From an uncultured Candidatus Entotheonella sp. (GTDB lineage: Bacteria; Tectomicrobia; Entotheonellia; Entotheonellales; Entotheonellaceae): a stretch of DNA of 64,000 bases. The notes below the pieces were generated by a model. That model had not been told where the DNA came from. It made no database searches and worked only from the letters and a program-made list of their open reading frames with translations. Both the position numbers and the translations under genes were made by a program. The stretch spans positions 3,680,001 to 3,744,000 of the forward strand of contig OZ244252.1 of the NCBI GenBank assembly GCA_965217185.1. The letters run 5' to 3'. How positions within the stretch are numbered: position 1 is the stretch's first letter; the number at the start of each line of letters is the position of its first letter. Shown one piece after another: positions 18,251 to 28,533 of the stretch.

Positions 18251-20323
18251 TCAAGTAACCGGTGATGAGCGACGATGCCTCTTGTTTTCCCTCTTGTAAC
18301 TTATCCGCCAGCAGAACCAGAAGACAGGGATCAGGACTATAAACAGCACCACGATTGAGCCTATTTTCTTCCCCTCTTGCCGCAGCAGATGAAATGCCTG
18401 TAGGCCTAAAGGGAGGTGATGGAAGAATCGGACCCGACTCAGTCCCTCTTCTGTCTGGAGGACATCGCACGGATAACCCTCCTTATGGAGATAAATGGCA
18501 TTCTCGGTCACCTTGCGTTGATGTTGGCCGGCGGCTGGTCCCACATAAGTATCCCAGAGTCGTACTCCGCACAGGCCAACATCGGCAAAGATGGGGGTTA
18601 GTTCATCACGCTCGCCTATTTCACGGGCAAGATCGCGGGCCATCTGTTTCCGCTCTGTGAGGCGATAATCAGTCACGGCTGACAAGGCGTCAAATCGGGC
18701 TGGGTCACGGTAGCGTTCCCAGATTCGGAAAGTCCACTGACTCAGAAACGCCTCGGCAGCCTCGGTATTTCTCTGATAGGCCCGGTCCACGACATCCAGC
18801 ACTGGCGGGCTGCCGAACAGATTAAAAAGCTTATCCGTATCCGGTGCTACAAGCGGAGCAACAATCCGGAAGAGCTTTTCGTGACGGGAGATATTCTCAA
18901 GCGTGGCCGATGGTATACTGGATGGCGACGTCCGTTCCAGCAATGCTAGCACCAGACCCCGGCGTGCCGGTTCGCTCAAACGGGAGTACTGTTCAAATAC
19001 CGTGCGAACATCGTACCAGTCCAGTTTTTTTCCAGTCCGAACGACTTCAAGAAAAGTGGGCACGCCAAGGCGGTTGGCTGTGACCAGGACTTCCCGACCA
19101 TGCTGGGCGTACTCTTGCAGGAGCCATGGACCCAGTTCACGGGCCAGGCGAGCCAATTCCTGTTCGTCTGGAGCATGGACAATCAGCAGCAGCAGATCAT
19201 CCAAGGGCGCTTGGACGATGATCTCTTGCCCGAACACGCCACTAACCAAGCTCAGATCTTCGACAATTTCCTGGGTATGGCGGCCTTTCTGCGTTTGTTC
19301 GGTAATGTAATCCTTGACATTCGGCGAGATGGCAAAGATATGAGCGGCTTCCAATATCCGCTCCACTTCTCGGCGACAGTGGTCAGACCATCTGTGTAAA
19401 AATGGGCGGATTTCCTGCTCAAGCTGCTGGCGAGTGGAGGGTTCACCTTCTTCAGCAGGCTGGTCCCAGAGCGTGGTTAGGGTGAACTCTTCTTGATACC
19501 TGATGAGAAACTGTTCCCGGAGTGTCTGCTCCAGAGACGTTTTCGCTTGGGCAGCATCCCAGACATCAAAGGCCAGTAACAGAGCACCCACGACGGGAAT
19601 GAACTTGCCAGCCACTTTGCCAGCCATCTTGAGGCTCACCATTCTTACAATCTTACGGCGCAAAACGATAAGCAGTATGCCGGTGAGGCCGAGTGCTGGT
19701 CTCACCACATTTGGCCGATAATCTTCCGCCGACGATTGAGAAGGTACCGAAAGGGGTGGGGCAGTCAAATGCGGGGTATCCCAGGCTGGAAAATGGCGGA
19801 CGAGGATTTCGAGAAATGGCGCACGGATGGTGTCCTGGGCCTGTTTGAACGCAGCGGCCCAAATTTCTTCGAGCTGGCTGTCGATAGATGCAATCAGGTT
19901 CGCTTGGTAAGGCTCAATCTCGGCCTGGGCGCGGCCGATAAAATCTTCAACCAGAGCGTCAAGACCACTCGAATCAATCCTCGTTCCCGCCTTCAACTGC
20001 TCCCACGCGACTTCCAGGCGTCCCACATCTTCCGGCAGTGAGACGGTTTGCAAGGATTGCTCAATTTCCTTGTAGTGCGTATCGAATTGCCCCCGAAGTT
20101 CATCCCGGAAGAAACTATCCAGCCGGGCTATGATGCGGGCGACCTCGCCAGCAATGCGGTCGGGACTTTGGGTGATTTCCCGAGCGGCTAAGGCCTTTTT
20201 GCTGTTGGCATCAATGAGGAGTTGCTCAATGGTAGGCTCTGCTTCAAGTCCAGTTCGCCCGTGAACAATGCCGCTGAGGGGCAACAAAACGACCATGGCG
20301 TAAAAGAGGAACCTCATTACCAT
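18251..20323 (-). CDS. Large hypothetical exported/membrane protein
   Basis: Long uninterrupted ORF; N-terminal signal-like segment, central hydrophobic hairpin, C-terminal TM with basic tail; start uncertain. Confidence 0.7.
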   Translation of the reverse strand: MVMRFLFYAMVVLLPLSGIVHGRTGLEAEPTIEQLLIDANSKKALAAREITQSPDRIAGEVARIIARLDSFFRDELRGQFDTHYKEIEQSLQTVSLPEDVGRLEVAWEQLKAGTRIDSSGLDALVEDFIGRAQAEIEPYQANLIASIDSQLEEIWAAAFKQAQDTIRAPFLEILVRHFPAWDTPHLTAPPLSVPSQSSAEDYRPNVVRPALGLTGILLIVLRRKIVRMVSLKMAGKVAGKFIPVVGALLLAFDVWDAAQAKTSLEQTLREQFLIRYQEEFTLTTLWDQPAEEGEPSTRQQLEQEIRPFLHRWSDHCRREVERILEAAHIFAISPNVKDYITEQTQKGRHTQEIVEDLSLVSGVFGQEIIVQAPLDDLLLLIVHAPDEQELARLARELGPWLLQEYAQHGREVLVTANRLGVPTFLEVVRTGKKLDWYDVRTVFEQYSRLSEPARRGLVLALLERTSPSSIPSATLENISRHEKLFRIVAPLVAPDTDKLFNLFGSPPVLDVVDRAYQRNTEAAEAFLSQWTFRIWERYRDPARFDALSAVTDYRLTERKQMARDLAREIGERDELTPIFADVGLCGVRLWDTYVGPAAGQHQRKVTENAIYLHKEGYPCDVLQTEEGLSRVRFFHHLPLGLQAFHLLRQEGKKIGSIVVLFIVLIPVFWFCWRISYKRENKRHRRSSPVT

Positions 20324-20394
20324 GTTCTTATTGTCTCGGAGGAAAATTTTCACGGGAAGCCCTCCGTTGTTTTTTGCGCCAATCATTCAGACGC

Positions 20395-21267
20395 CTACAA
20401 CCGTAAAAGGCGTTTGACAATCATGACCGGGAGGAGGGATTTGGCCGCCACGGCGTTGGAAATGCTGCCGATCATCAGGCGTTTAAGGCCCGTCATGCCG
20501 CGCGATCCTATGACGATGGCGTCGCACTGGCGGCTGCTGGCGGTTTCCAGAACGGCCTCGGTGACGTTGCCGTAGGCCAGATGGGCCTCGTACGTCACGC
20601 CCGCGGCGGCGGCGCGCGCCTCGGCGTTGGCGAGGATGTCCTTGGCGCCGGAGTTATCGTCGAGGGGGTTCCCGGCGGCGGAAGCGCGGCTGGCGTCGAC
20701 ACACAGGATACAGACTTCCAGACCGTTTTCCTGCGCCAGCTTGAGAGCGTGGTCCACCGCCATGTCCGACCACGGCGAGCCGCCGGTGGCTACCAGCAGG
20801 CGGCGCCACGTGGGCTGGCCGAATTCCACGGCAGGAGGATGCTTGATGACCAGCAGGGGCTGCTCGCAGCGGGCGGTAACGGCGTTCAGGGTGCGCCCGA
20901 TCACGAGGCGTTTCCAGCCGGTGACGACGCGCGACCCGAGGACGATGAGGTCGCATTGCCCCTCATGGGCCGTCTGCAGGATGGTTTCCGGCACGCTGCC
21001 CCACTTGGCGACCGACGTGTAGGGTACCTCGGCGGCTTCGGCCCTGGACGAGGCCTGGGCAATCAGTTCGTGCCCTTGGCGCTCGATGCTTTCCATCAGC
21101 AGCTCGGAGGACGACATCACGTCGGGCATGGTGTAGGCCACCGGACTGGCCAGCACGGTGAGGATCGTCAGGTCGGCGCCGGCGGCGGCGACCAGGGAGA
21201 TGGCGTAGCTCAGAGCGGCGTCCGACCATGGGCTTCCGCCGATGGCCACCAGCACTTTTCTGTACAT
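20395..21267 (-). CDS. Tandem-domain universal stress protein
   Basis: Two USP units (LVAIGGS/LVATGGS; DLIVLGS/DAIVIGSRG...IGSIS). Confidence 0.92.
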   Translation of the reverse strand: MYRKVLVAIGGSPWSDAALSYAISLVAAAGADLTILTVLASPVAYTMPDVMSSSELLMESIERQGHELIAQASSRAEAAEVPYTSVAKWGSVPETILQTAHEGQCDLIVLGSRVVTGWKRLVIGRTLNAVTARCEQPLLVIKHPPAVEFGQPTWRRLLVATGGSPWSDMAVDHALKLAQENGLEVCILCVDASRASAAGNPLDDNSGAKDILANAEARAAAAGVTYEAHLAYGNVTEAVLETASSRQCDAIVIGSRGMTGLKRLMIGSISNAVAAKSLLPVMIVKRLLRL

Positions 21268-21315
21268 GACAGCTTCCCTCCTGCCCTTGGCGGGAAATTG
21301 GTCAATCCTGATGCG

Positions 21316-22110
21316 TCAGCGGCCCTGGAACTGCGGGCGGCGCTTCTCGGTGAATGCCTGCACGCCTTCCTGGTAATCCTGGCTGTTGAAGCAATCGGCG
21401 ATGAGCGCGTCGAGCGCCGCCAGGTCGCGCTGTTCGGGCGGCTGCAGCAATTGGTCCACGCTGGCCTTGGCGGAGCGCAGGGTGAGCGGCGCGTTGCGGG
21501 CCATGGTGAGGGCGTAGTCGCGGGTGAACGATTCCAACTCATCCTTGGGGATAACCTGATTGACCAGCCCCATGCGCAGGGCGTCCTGGGCGCTGAAATT
21601 CGTGCGCGCGGTGAAGAAGATTTCCTTGGTGTAGGCCGGCCCGATGAGCTTCATGAGCCGCTCCATGCCGTTGTAGTGGTAGCCCAGTCCCAGGCGGGCG
21701 GCGGGAATGCCGAAGCGGGCGTCGTCCGAGGCGATGCGCATGTCGCAGCCGATGGCGATGCTGACGCCGCCGCCGATGCAGTAGCCGTGGATCATGGCCA
21801 GCAGCGGCTTGTCGAGCGACTTCAGGCTTTCCTGGCCGCGCGCCGAGATGCGCCCGTAGGCCGCCTCGTCCTCCGCGTTGCGCCGCCGTTCCTTGAACTG
21901 CGAAATGTCCGCCCCGGCGACAAACGCCTTCTCACCGGCGCCGCGCAGGATGACCACCCTGATGGCGTCGTCTTCGGCCAGGTCCTTCACGTAATCCGGC
22001 ATCAACTCCCACATTTCCTGGCTCACGGCGTTGCGTTTTTCCGGCTGGTTGAAAATGATCCAGCCAATCGGCCCGTCCTTTTCCATCAGTAGCTTCTCGG
22101 CGTCGCTCAT
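21316..22110 (-). CDS. Enoyl-CoA hydratase/isomerase
   Basis: AFVAGADI, GYCIGGG, CDMRIAS, EKRRPQFQGR. Confidence 0.92.
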   Translation of the reverse strand: MSDAEKLLMEKDGPIGWIIFNQPEKRNAVSQEMWELMPDYVKDLAEDDAIRVVILRGAGEKAFVAGADISQFKERRRNAEDEAAYGRISARGQESLKSLDKPLLAMIHGYCIGGGVSIAIGCDMRIASDDARFGIPAARLGLGYHYNGMERLMKLIGPAYTKEIFFTARTNFSAQDALRMGLVNQVIPKDELESFTRDYALTMARNAPLTLRSAKASVDQLLQPPEQRDLAALDALIADCFNSQDYQEGVQAFTEKRRPQFQGR

Positions 22111-22159
22111 GCCCGTTTTCTCCTGTGATGTGGCGGTTGCAGTGCCCCGAAACGCGGTG

Positions 22160-22639
22160 TTAGCTGCCTCCCTTAAGCAGGGCCACGCCGATGGCGATGA
22201 CAAATCCAACGCACAGTCCGACCAACCACTGGCGTAACTGGCGCATGTCGGCGTGGGATTCGGTGCGCATTTCAACCAACGTCTGCCTGATGTCCGCCAT
22301 GGTCCGGTGCAAATCGTCAAAGCGTTTGTCCACGGCCTCAAAACGTTTGTCCACGGCCTCAAAGCGATGATTGATGCTCTCGTGGGTCAGATCGAAACGC
22401 TGGTCGACTTGTTGCCGCATGTCGTCGAAGCGTTGGTTGACTTGCTGTCGCACATCGTCCAGGCGCTGATCGACCTGTTGCTGCATGCCGTTGAATTGTT
22501 GCTGCATGCCGTTGAATTGTTGCTGCATGCCGTCGAAACGCTGATTGACTTGCTGTCGCATGTCATCGAAGCGCTGATCTATACGTGTGGTGAACTCGGC
22601 AAACTGTTCGGCACTGACAACCGATAGTGTTTCGGCCAT
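22160..22639 (-). CDS. Repetitive coiled-coil protein with C-terminal TM anchor
   Basis: QQVNQRFDD, MQQQFNG and KRFEAVD repeats; hydrophobic C-terminus. Confidence 0.75.
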   Translation of the reverse strand: MAETLSVVSAEQFAEFTTRIDQRFDDMRQQVNQRFDGMQQQFNGMQQQFNGMQQQVDQRLDDVRQQVNQRFDDMRQQVDQRFDLTHESINHRFEAVDKRFEAVDKRFDDLHRTMADIRQTLVEMRTESHADMRQLRQWLVGLCVGFVIAIGVALLKGGS

Positions 22640-23264
22640 GATTCTTTCCCCTGCTGGCTTAGCGGGAGCGGCCGGAGAACCCCAATCCATTCGATAGCTT
22701 CAGGCACACGCCCATTCATCAGCGAAACGCGGGCGACTATACTACGCAACGTCTGCCGCTTCCAGCCGTAAAGCTCGCCGCCCTTTTCGGGATGAGCGGC
22801 AGTGGCGTCATAACATGGGCAGGTGAAGGCGAGCCGCTGCGCTGCGAGTCTGCCCGAAGCCACCAGGGGATCGGGCGCCGCGGCGGTGTTGAGGGGGAGT
22901 CGTGAGGGTGTGGTGGGGACGATTGCGGCTGGCCGTGTGGCTGTGGTTCTGCTGTTGGGTGTGGATTCCCTGGCTGTTTTTCAAGCATCGGCGGCGGGTG
23001 GGTAGCCGAAGGTGAGGGGCGGTATGGTTGCAAAACGGCGGTTTGCGCGACTCCCGAGGACCTGTCGGAAATCGACCTTGAAACGGCAAAACCCTGTTGC
23101 ATAACTCGTTGCGGAATCAAAGCCGCATGCTTCTGGATGAGCGGAAAGCCCTTGATGCGTTATGGTATCCGGTGCCGAAGTAAGGTATCGTTCAGAAATT
23201 CCACAGACAGACAAATCCGGCGTCAGGCAACGATCATCACCTTTCCCCAGGAGGACCCCCGCAC

Positions 23265-25892
23265 ATGCAATCCGCAAGCCGCCGCCCCGTGACGAACGGC
23301 GACCTCGACCACGCCCCCAGGGCCAACGTGCATACCCTCGATAACGGCCTGCAAGTGGTGCTGCTTGAAGACCACAGCGCACCCGTCGTCGCCCTGCAAA
23401 CGTGGGTGCGGTTCGGCAGCGCCGACGAGGACCCGGCCGTGGCGGGCATTGCGCACGTCTTCGAGCACATGCTGTTCAAGGGCACGGAGCGCTTTCCGAA
23501 CGGGGAAATCGCTGCCCTCATCGAGGGCGCCGGCGGCTCGGTGAACGCCTGGACGAATTACGATGAAACGGTCTACCACGTGACCCTGTCCAGCCGCTTC
23601 TGGGAAACCGGCTTCGATGTGTTGAGCGACGCCGTTCTGCACTCCTTCTTCGATCCCACCGAACTGGAGCGCGAGAAGGAAGTGGTGCTCGAGGAGTTCC
23701 GCCGCAGCAAGGACAACCCGGATCACGAAATCGCCGAGCGCCTGTTCGACCTCACCTTCACGACGCACCCCTACCGCCGCCCGATCATCGGTTTCGAGGA
23801 GACCGTGCGGCCCATCCAGCGCGACGACATGCTGCGCGTGTTCAACACCTGGTACGTGCCCAACAACATGATCTTCGTGGCCGTCGGCGACTTCGATTCC
23901 GACACCATGCTGCGCACCGTCGAGGACCGCTTCGGCGCCGTGCCGGCCACGGCATTGCCTGTCAGACCGCGCGCCGACGAGCCCGCTCAGGCGCAGCCGC
24001 GCGTGCTGGCGTTTCCCTTCCGGGCCGAGTTGGCGCGCGTCGAAATCGCCATGCCGTCGGTCGAGGCCACTGATCCGCAAGTCCCGGCGCTCGACCTGCT
24101 CAGCGACCTGTTGGGCTCGGGCTACAATTCCACCCTTTATACCGCTCTCAAGCGCCGCCGCCAACTGGCCCACGAGGTGTATGCCTTCAACTACACGCCG
24201 TGCGACCGCGGCGTTTTCCTGCTTGGCGCCACCTGCATGACCGACGACGTGGCCGACGTGGTGCAGGGGCTGATGCAGCCCGTACGCCAACCTGCCCTGT
24301 CCATCTCCGAGCAAGACTTGGCGGCGGCGAAAACGCGGATCGTCAGCCAGTACGTGCACGCCCGCGAAACGTACCAAGGCATCGCCAGCCAACTGGGCAG
24401 TCACATGCTGGTATACGGCGACCCGAACTACGGCGAGCGCTACGTGGCCGCCATCGAATCGCTGAGCCACGCCGACCTGCAGCAGGCGGCGGCGACGTTT
24501 CTCGATCCGCAGCGCGCCAACCTCGCCCTGCTTATGCCTTCGGACGCCGACCTGCCGAGCCGGGACACCATGCTCGCCTGGACCCGGCACGACGACACGC
24601 TGCGGGCGCCCGCAGCGCCACGCAGCCCTGCCCTTGACTCCGATCGGGGGACGGACAACACCTCCGTCGTGTCGCTGCCGGGCGGCAGCACGCTGATCGT
24701 GCAGACCGACCGCAAGGCGCCGCTTGTTACCATCCGCACCCTACTCGCCGGTGGGCAGCGCAGCGCCCCGCAGGGCAAGGAAGGCATCGTCCGCCTCCTC
24801 AGCGCCACGTGGGACCGCGGCACCAGCATGCGGAGCGCTTCCGAGATTGAACGCGAACTCGACCGCCTCGGCGCCACCCTGGGCGCCTCAAGCGACCGTG
24901 ATTCCGTCCAGCTCGCCGCCCGCTTTCTGCGCGATACCTTCGCCGACGGGTTGGAGCTTTATCTTGAGTTGCTGACCGAGCCCAGCTTCCCGGACGTCGA
25001 AGTGGCACGCGAGCAGGCCGATCAATTGCGCGACCTCGACACCCTGAAGGAAAACCGCTTCCATTACGCGATGCAGCAATTCCTGAGCAAATTCTACGGC
25101 TCCCATCCATACAACCATCTGTCCATCGGCACGCCCGAGGGCCTGTCCACGGTGTCGCGTGATGATCTGGCCGCGTTCCACCAAAGCCTGCTGCGCCCGC
25201 AGAACGCGGTGTACGTCGTCGTGGGCGACATCACCGCCGACACGGTGCTGTCGCGCTGGCATCAGTTGGCGCCGGCGTCGCTTTCCGAGCCCGCCGCTGC
25301 CGTGACGCCCACGGTGCCGGAGGTGCCCACGTGGAGCGAGGCGGTGACCGAGGTGATCGATGTGGAGGGCCAGCAAACGCACGTCATCTGGGGCTTTCCC
25401 ACCGTCACGGGCCGCGACCCCAACCGCTACACGCTGCAGGTGCTCGACACCATTCTCGGCGGCATGGGCGGGCGCTTGTTTGTGGAATTGAGGGACAAAC
25501 GGGGCCTGGCCTACGCGGTCACCAGCTTCGACGCCTATCCGGTCGATCCCGGTTATCTGGCTTTCTACATCGGCTGCACGCCCGAAAAGGAAGGCGAGGC
25601 GCTCAGCGAATTCGAGCGAGTGGTGCAGGAGATTCAGAGCGATGGGGTTACGTCGGAGGAGTTGGAGCGCGCCAAGACCTACATCGCCGGGGCGCTCGAC
25701 ATCAGCCTGCAAAGCACCAGCCAGCGCACCAGCATCTTCGGCCTCGGCATGCTGCACCAGGGCCATTGGAACGCCTACCAGACGTACCTGGAAGCGGTGC
25801 AGAAGGTCAGCCTGGCCGACATTCAGGAGGCGGCCCGAACCTATCTGCAGCCGTCGCGCTCGCTACGCACCATCCTGCGGGCGCAGCGCTGA
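23265..25892 (+). CDS. M16 family zinc protease (fused two-module form)
   Basis: HVFEH (HXXEH), NAWT, HPYRRPIIG, RLFVELRDKRGLAY. Confidence 0.93.
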   Translation: MQSASRRPVTNGDLDHAPRANVHTLDNGLQVVLLEDHSAPVVALQTWVRFGSADEDPAVAGIAHVFEHMLFKGTERFPNGEIAALIEGAGGSVNAWTNYDETVYHVTLSSRFWETGFDVLSDAVLHSFFDPTELEREKEVVLEEFRRSKDNPDHEIAERLFDLTFTTHPYRRPIIGFEETVRPIQRDDMLRVFNTWYVPNNMIFVAVGDFDSDTMLRTVEDRFGAVPATALPVRPRADEPAQAQPRVLAFPFRAELARVEIAMPSVEATDPQVPALDLLSDLLGSGYNSTLYTALKRRRQLAHEVYAFNYTPCDRGVFLLGATCMTDDVADVVQGLMQPVRQPALSISEQDLAAAKTRIVSQYVHARETYQGIASQLGSHMLVYGDPNYGERYVAAIESLSHADLQQAAATFLDPQRANLALLMPSDADLPSRDTMLAWTRHDDTLRAPAAPRSPALDSDRGTDNTSVVSLPGGSTLIVQTDRKAPLVTIRTLLAGGQRSAPQGKEGIVRLLSATWDRGTSMRSASEIERELDRLGATLGASSDRDSVQLAARFLRDTFADGLELYLELLTEPSFPDVEVAREQADQLRDLDTLKENRFHYAMQQFLSKFYGSHPYNHLSIGTPEGLSTVSRDDLAAFHQSLLRPQNAVYVVVGDITADTVLSRWHQLAPASLSEPAAAVTPTVPEVPTWSEAVTEVIDVEGQQTHVIWGFPTVTGRDPNRYTLQVLDTILGGMGGRLFVELRDKRGLAYAVTSFDAYPVDPGYLAFYIGCTPEKEGEALSEFERVVQEIQSDGVTSEELERAKTYIAGALDISLQSTSQRTSIFGLGMLHQGHWNAYQTYLEAVQKVSLADIQEAARTYLQPSRSLRTILRAQR

Positions 25893-25893
25893 A

Positions 25894-26115
25894 CTGAAAT
25901 GGTCTCGTGAATGTGACAGGGAGTTCCTCAGGCGAGTTCGGCGATACGCCCGTACGCATAGGTTGAATTTCGATTTCGCCCCCAGCCGCAGGAAAGGTAG
26001 TCATGGAGAGATCCGGTTTGGCCCCTGCCGGACTACTGTGCCTCGTGGCGAGATTCCTGCAGGCCCCCTGGCCTCAATGCTGAAGGACTTGTACGTCGAC
26101 AGGAGGGAGCTGTAG
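25894..26115 (+). pseudogene. HicA-like toxin lacking a nearby in-frame canonical start
   Basis: REFLRRV...KGSHGEIRFG...TTVP.GEI..G.L.SMLKDL; GTG at 25913 is out of frame. Confidence 0.7.
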
Positions 26116-26118
26116 GCC

Positions 26119-26598
26119 ATGCGCTACGCTTATCCGTGCAGCATCGTCCGCGACGAGGAAGAAGAACGGGCGAGTGGGAGAGAAGCCTACACCGTGACTT
26201 TTTCCGACGTGTACGGAGCCAACACGGGCGGCTGGTCCTGGGAAGAAGCTGTGGAGATGGCCAAGGACTGCCTGGGAGTCGCCCTGGGCATGTACGTCAA
26301 GGACCGCGAAGACATACCCGTTCCCAGTTCCTTGGCGGAGGGCCAAGTACTGATCTCCGTAGCGCCCATCGTCGCAGCGAAGCTGGCCCTCTATTCGGCG
26401 ATGCGGGAACAGGGCGTCCGCAACGTCGCCCTTGCCGACCGGCTGGGCCTGCAAGAGAAGGCGGTCCGCCGGCTTCTCGCCCCCGGGCATCGATCTCCCA
26501 TGACGTCGATCGAAAGGGCACTCCAAGCCGTTGGGCGCTCCCTGGTAGTGGAGGACAGCGTAACTATCCAGTGTCCAGAGACATATGCCGCCTCCTGA
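26119..26598 (+). CDS. hicB: HicB family antitoxin
   Basis: YTVTFSDV.GANTGG...EAVEMAKDCL, IPVPS, C-terminal HTH. Confidence 0.88.
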   Translation: MRYAYPCSIVRDEEEERASGREAYTVTFSDVYGANTGGWSWEEAVEMAKDCLGVALGMYVKDREDIPVPSSLAEGQVLISVAPIVAAKLALYSAMREQGVRNVALADRLGLQEKAVRRLLAPGHRSPMTSIERALQAVGRSLVVEDSVTIQCPETYAAS

Positions 26599-26622
26599 CC
26601 CATCGACCTGATGCACTGCCGT

Positions 26623-26655
26623 TGTCGGATTACGCCTGCGGCTAATCCGACCTAC
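26623..26655 (-). repeat. GTAG REP element
   Basis: tgtcggattacgcctgcggctaatccgacctac. Confidence 0.8.
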
Positions 26656-26670
26656 AGTTACATACCCGCA

Positions 26671-28533
26671 TCACTCCCCATCGAACCCCGCTACCAAGCT
26701 GGCATGCGTCATGTCGTACAGGCGCGCGTAAGGCCCATGGCGTCGGACCAATTCCTCGTGCGTGCCGCTTTCCATCAGCCGTCCGTTCTCCAGCACGATA
26801 ATACGGTCCGCCTGCTTCACGGTCGAGAGGCGGTGGGCAATGATGAACGTGGTGCGCCCGTGCAGCAGCGTCTTGAGGCCCGTCTGTACCAGCCGCTCGG
26901 CTTCGACGTCAATGCTGGCGGTGGCCTCGTCGAGGATGAGGATGCGCGGGTCGGCCAGCAGGGCGCGTACGAAGCTGACAAGCTGCCGTTGGCCGTGGCT
27001 CAGCAGGCTGCCGCGCTCGCGGACCTCGGTATCGTAGCCGTGCTCAAGCCGCATGATGCTGTCGTGCACGCCGAGCGCGCGGGCCGCTGCCTCCACCGCC
27101 GCGTCGGTGGCGTCGGGGTTGGCGTAGCGCAGATTCTCGCGCACCGTGCCGCTGAACAGGAAGGGTTCTTGCAGGACGATGGCGACCTGACGCCGCAGGT
27201 CGGCCTGCGACAGCCGCCGCAAGTCGATGCCGTCGATGAGAATGGCGCCCTCGGTCACGTCGTAAAACCGCGTCAGCAGATTGATGAGCGTCGTCTTGCC
27301 CGCCCCGGTGTGCCCCACGATGGCCAGACTCTGCCCCGCCGGTACCTCCAGCGAGAAGTTGTCCAGAACCGGCACGCCGGGCTGGTAATGGAACGACACC
27401 CCACGGAACGCCACCTCCCCCCGCAAGCGCGGCAGCCGTACCGGCGTTGCGTCCTCAAGGACGTGCCGCGGCGTTTCCAGCACCTCGAAAATGCGCTCCC
27501 CCGACGCCATGGCCATTTGCAGCGAGTTCCAGCGAAAGCTGAGGTCGCGCAGCGGCTCGAAAAAGCGGTACATGTAGAGCACGAAGGCGACCAGGACGCC
27601 GGCGCTGAGGTCGCCGTCCATCACCAGCGGCGCGCCGCAGACGACAACCACGGCGATGGCCAGGGTGGTCATCATTTCGATGGCCGGGAAAAACAGGGCG
27701 GACAGGTGCGCGGCCTTCAGTGTCGCGTCCAGATGGTCCGCGTTCAGGCGCTCGAAGCGCCGCATGTTAATCGTCTCGCTGCACAGGCTCTGGATGACGC
27801 GCACGCTGGAGATGTTTTCCTGCAGGCTGGCGTTCACGCGCGCCAGCGCCCGCCGCACCACCTGGAAGGCGCGCCGCGAATGGGTGCGCCAGTATGCGGT
27901 GACGATCAGCACCAGCGGCACCACCACGCTGGTCAGCAGCGCCAGGTAAGGGTGCATGGTGAACAGGACGACGAGGATGCCCACGAGGGTGAGCGCGTCG
28001 CTGAGGATGCTCAGGATGCCGCTGGTGAAGAGGTCCTGCAGGGTGCCCACGTCGTTTTGCACGCGCGACATCAGGCGGCCCACGGATTGGCGGTCGTGAA
28101 ACGCCACGTCGAGGCGCATGAGATGCCGGAACAGCGCCTGCCGCAGGTTCAGCAGAACGCGCTGCGCCGCGCGCATGAGCAGCAGGGTCTGCCCGTATTG
28201 CAGGCCCCAGCCGGCCAGCGTGTTGCCGAGGTAGAACAGTACGATGACGGTGAGGGCGCGCAGAGCCTGCCCCGGACTTGATCCGGGGTCGCCTTGCGCG
28301 ATGGGGCCGTCGAGGGCGAGCTTGATGAGGTAGGGGCCGAGCAGTTGGCTGGCGGCGGTCCCGACCATGCAGACCGCCGCGACGATCAAAACCGTTGTGT
28401 GCGGCGCCGCGAACGGCCACAGGCGGCGCATGACGCGGGCGTCGTACACCCTGCCGAAACGCTTTTCTTCGGCGGGGTCGCGGTGGCCGTTGCTCGGTGC
28501 CGAGTCCGGGCTGCGGGGGGTTGAAGCCCTCAT
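26671..28533 (-). CDS. ABC exporter, fused permease/ATPase (subunit B)
   Basis: TM domain; GHTGAGKT, LSHGQRQ, LDEAT. Confidence 0.93.
   Translation of the reverse strand: MRASTPRSPDSAPSNGHRDPAEEKRFGRVYDARVMRRLWPFAAPHTTVLIVAAVCMVGTAASQLLGPYLIKLALDGPIAQGDPGSSPGQALRALTVIVLFYLGNTLAGWGLQYGQTLLLMRAAQRVLLNLRQALFRHLMRLDVAFHDRQSVGRLMSRVQNDVGTLQDLFTSGILSILSDALTLVGILVVLFTMHPYLALLTSVVVPLVLIVTAYWRTHSRRAFQVVRRALARVNASLQENISSVRVIQSLCSETINMRRFERLNADHLDATLKAAHLSALFFPAIEMMTTLAIAVVVVCGAPLVMDGDLSAGVLVAFVLYMYRFFEPLRDLSFRWNSLQMAMASGERIFEVLETPRHVLEDATPVRLPRLRGEVAFRGVSFHYQPGVPVLDNFSLEVPAGQSLAIVGHTGAGKTTLINLLTRFYDVTEGAILIDGIDLRRLSQADLRRQVAIVLQEPFLFSGTVRENLRYANPDATDAAVEAAARALGVHDSIMRLEHGYDTEVRERGSLLSHGQRQLVSFVRALLADPRILILDEATASIDVEAERLVQTGLKTLLHGRTTFIIAHRLSTVKQADRIIVLENGRLMESGTHEELVRRHGPYARLYDMTHASLVAGFDGE

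Noticed and set aside
22310..22570. Tandem repeats as a CRISPR array
   Set aside because: In-frame coding repeats without unique spacers; no cas genes
22690..23260. Possible ncRNA or small ORF in a long intergenic region
   Set aside because: No recognisable RNA motif or convincing protein signature
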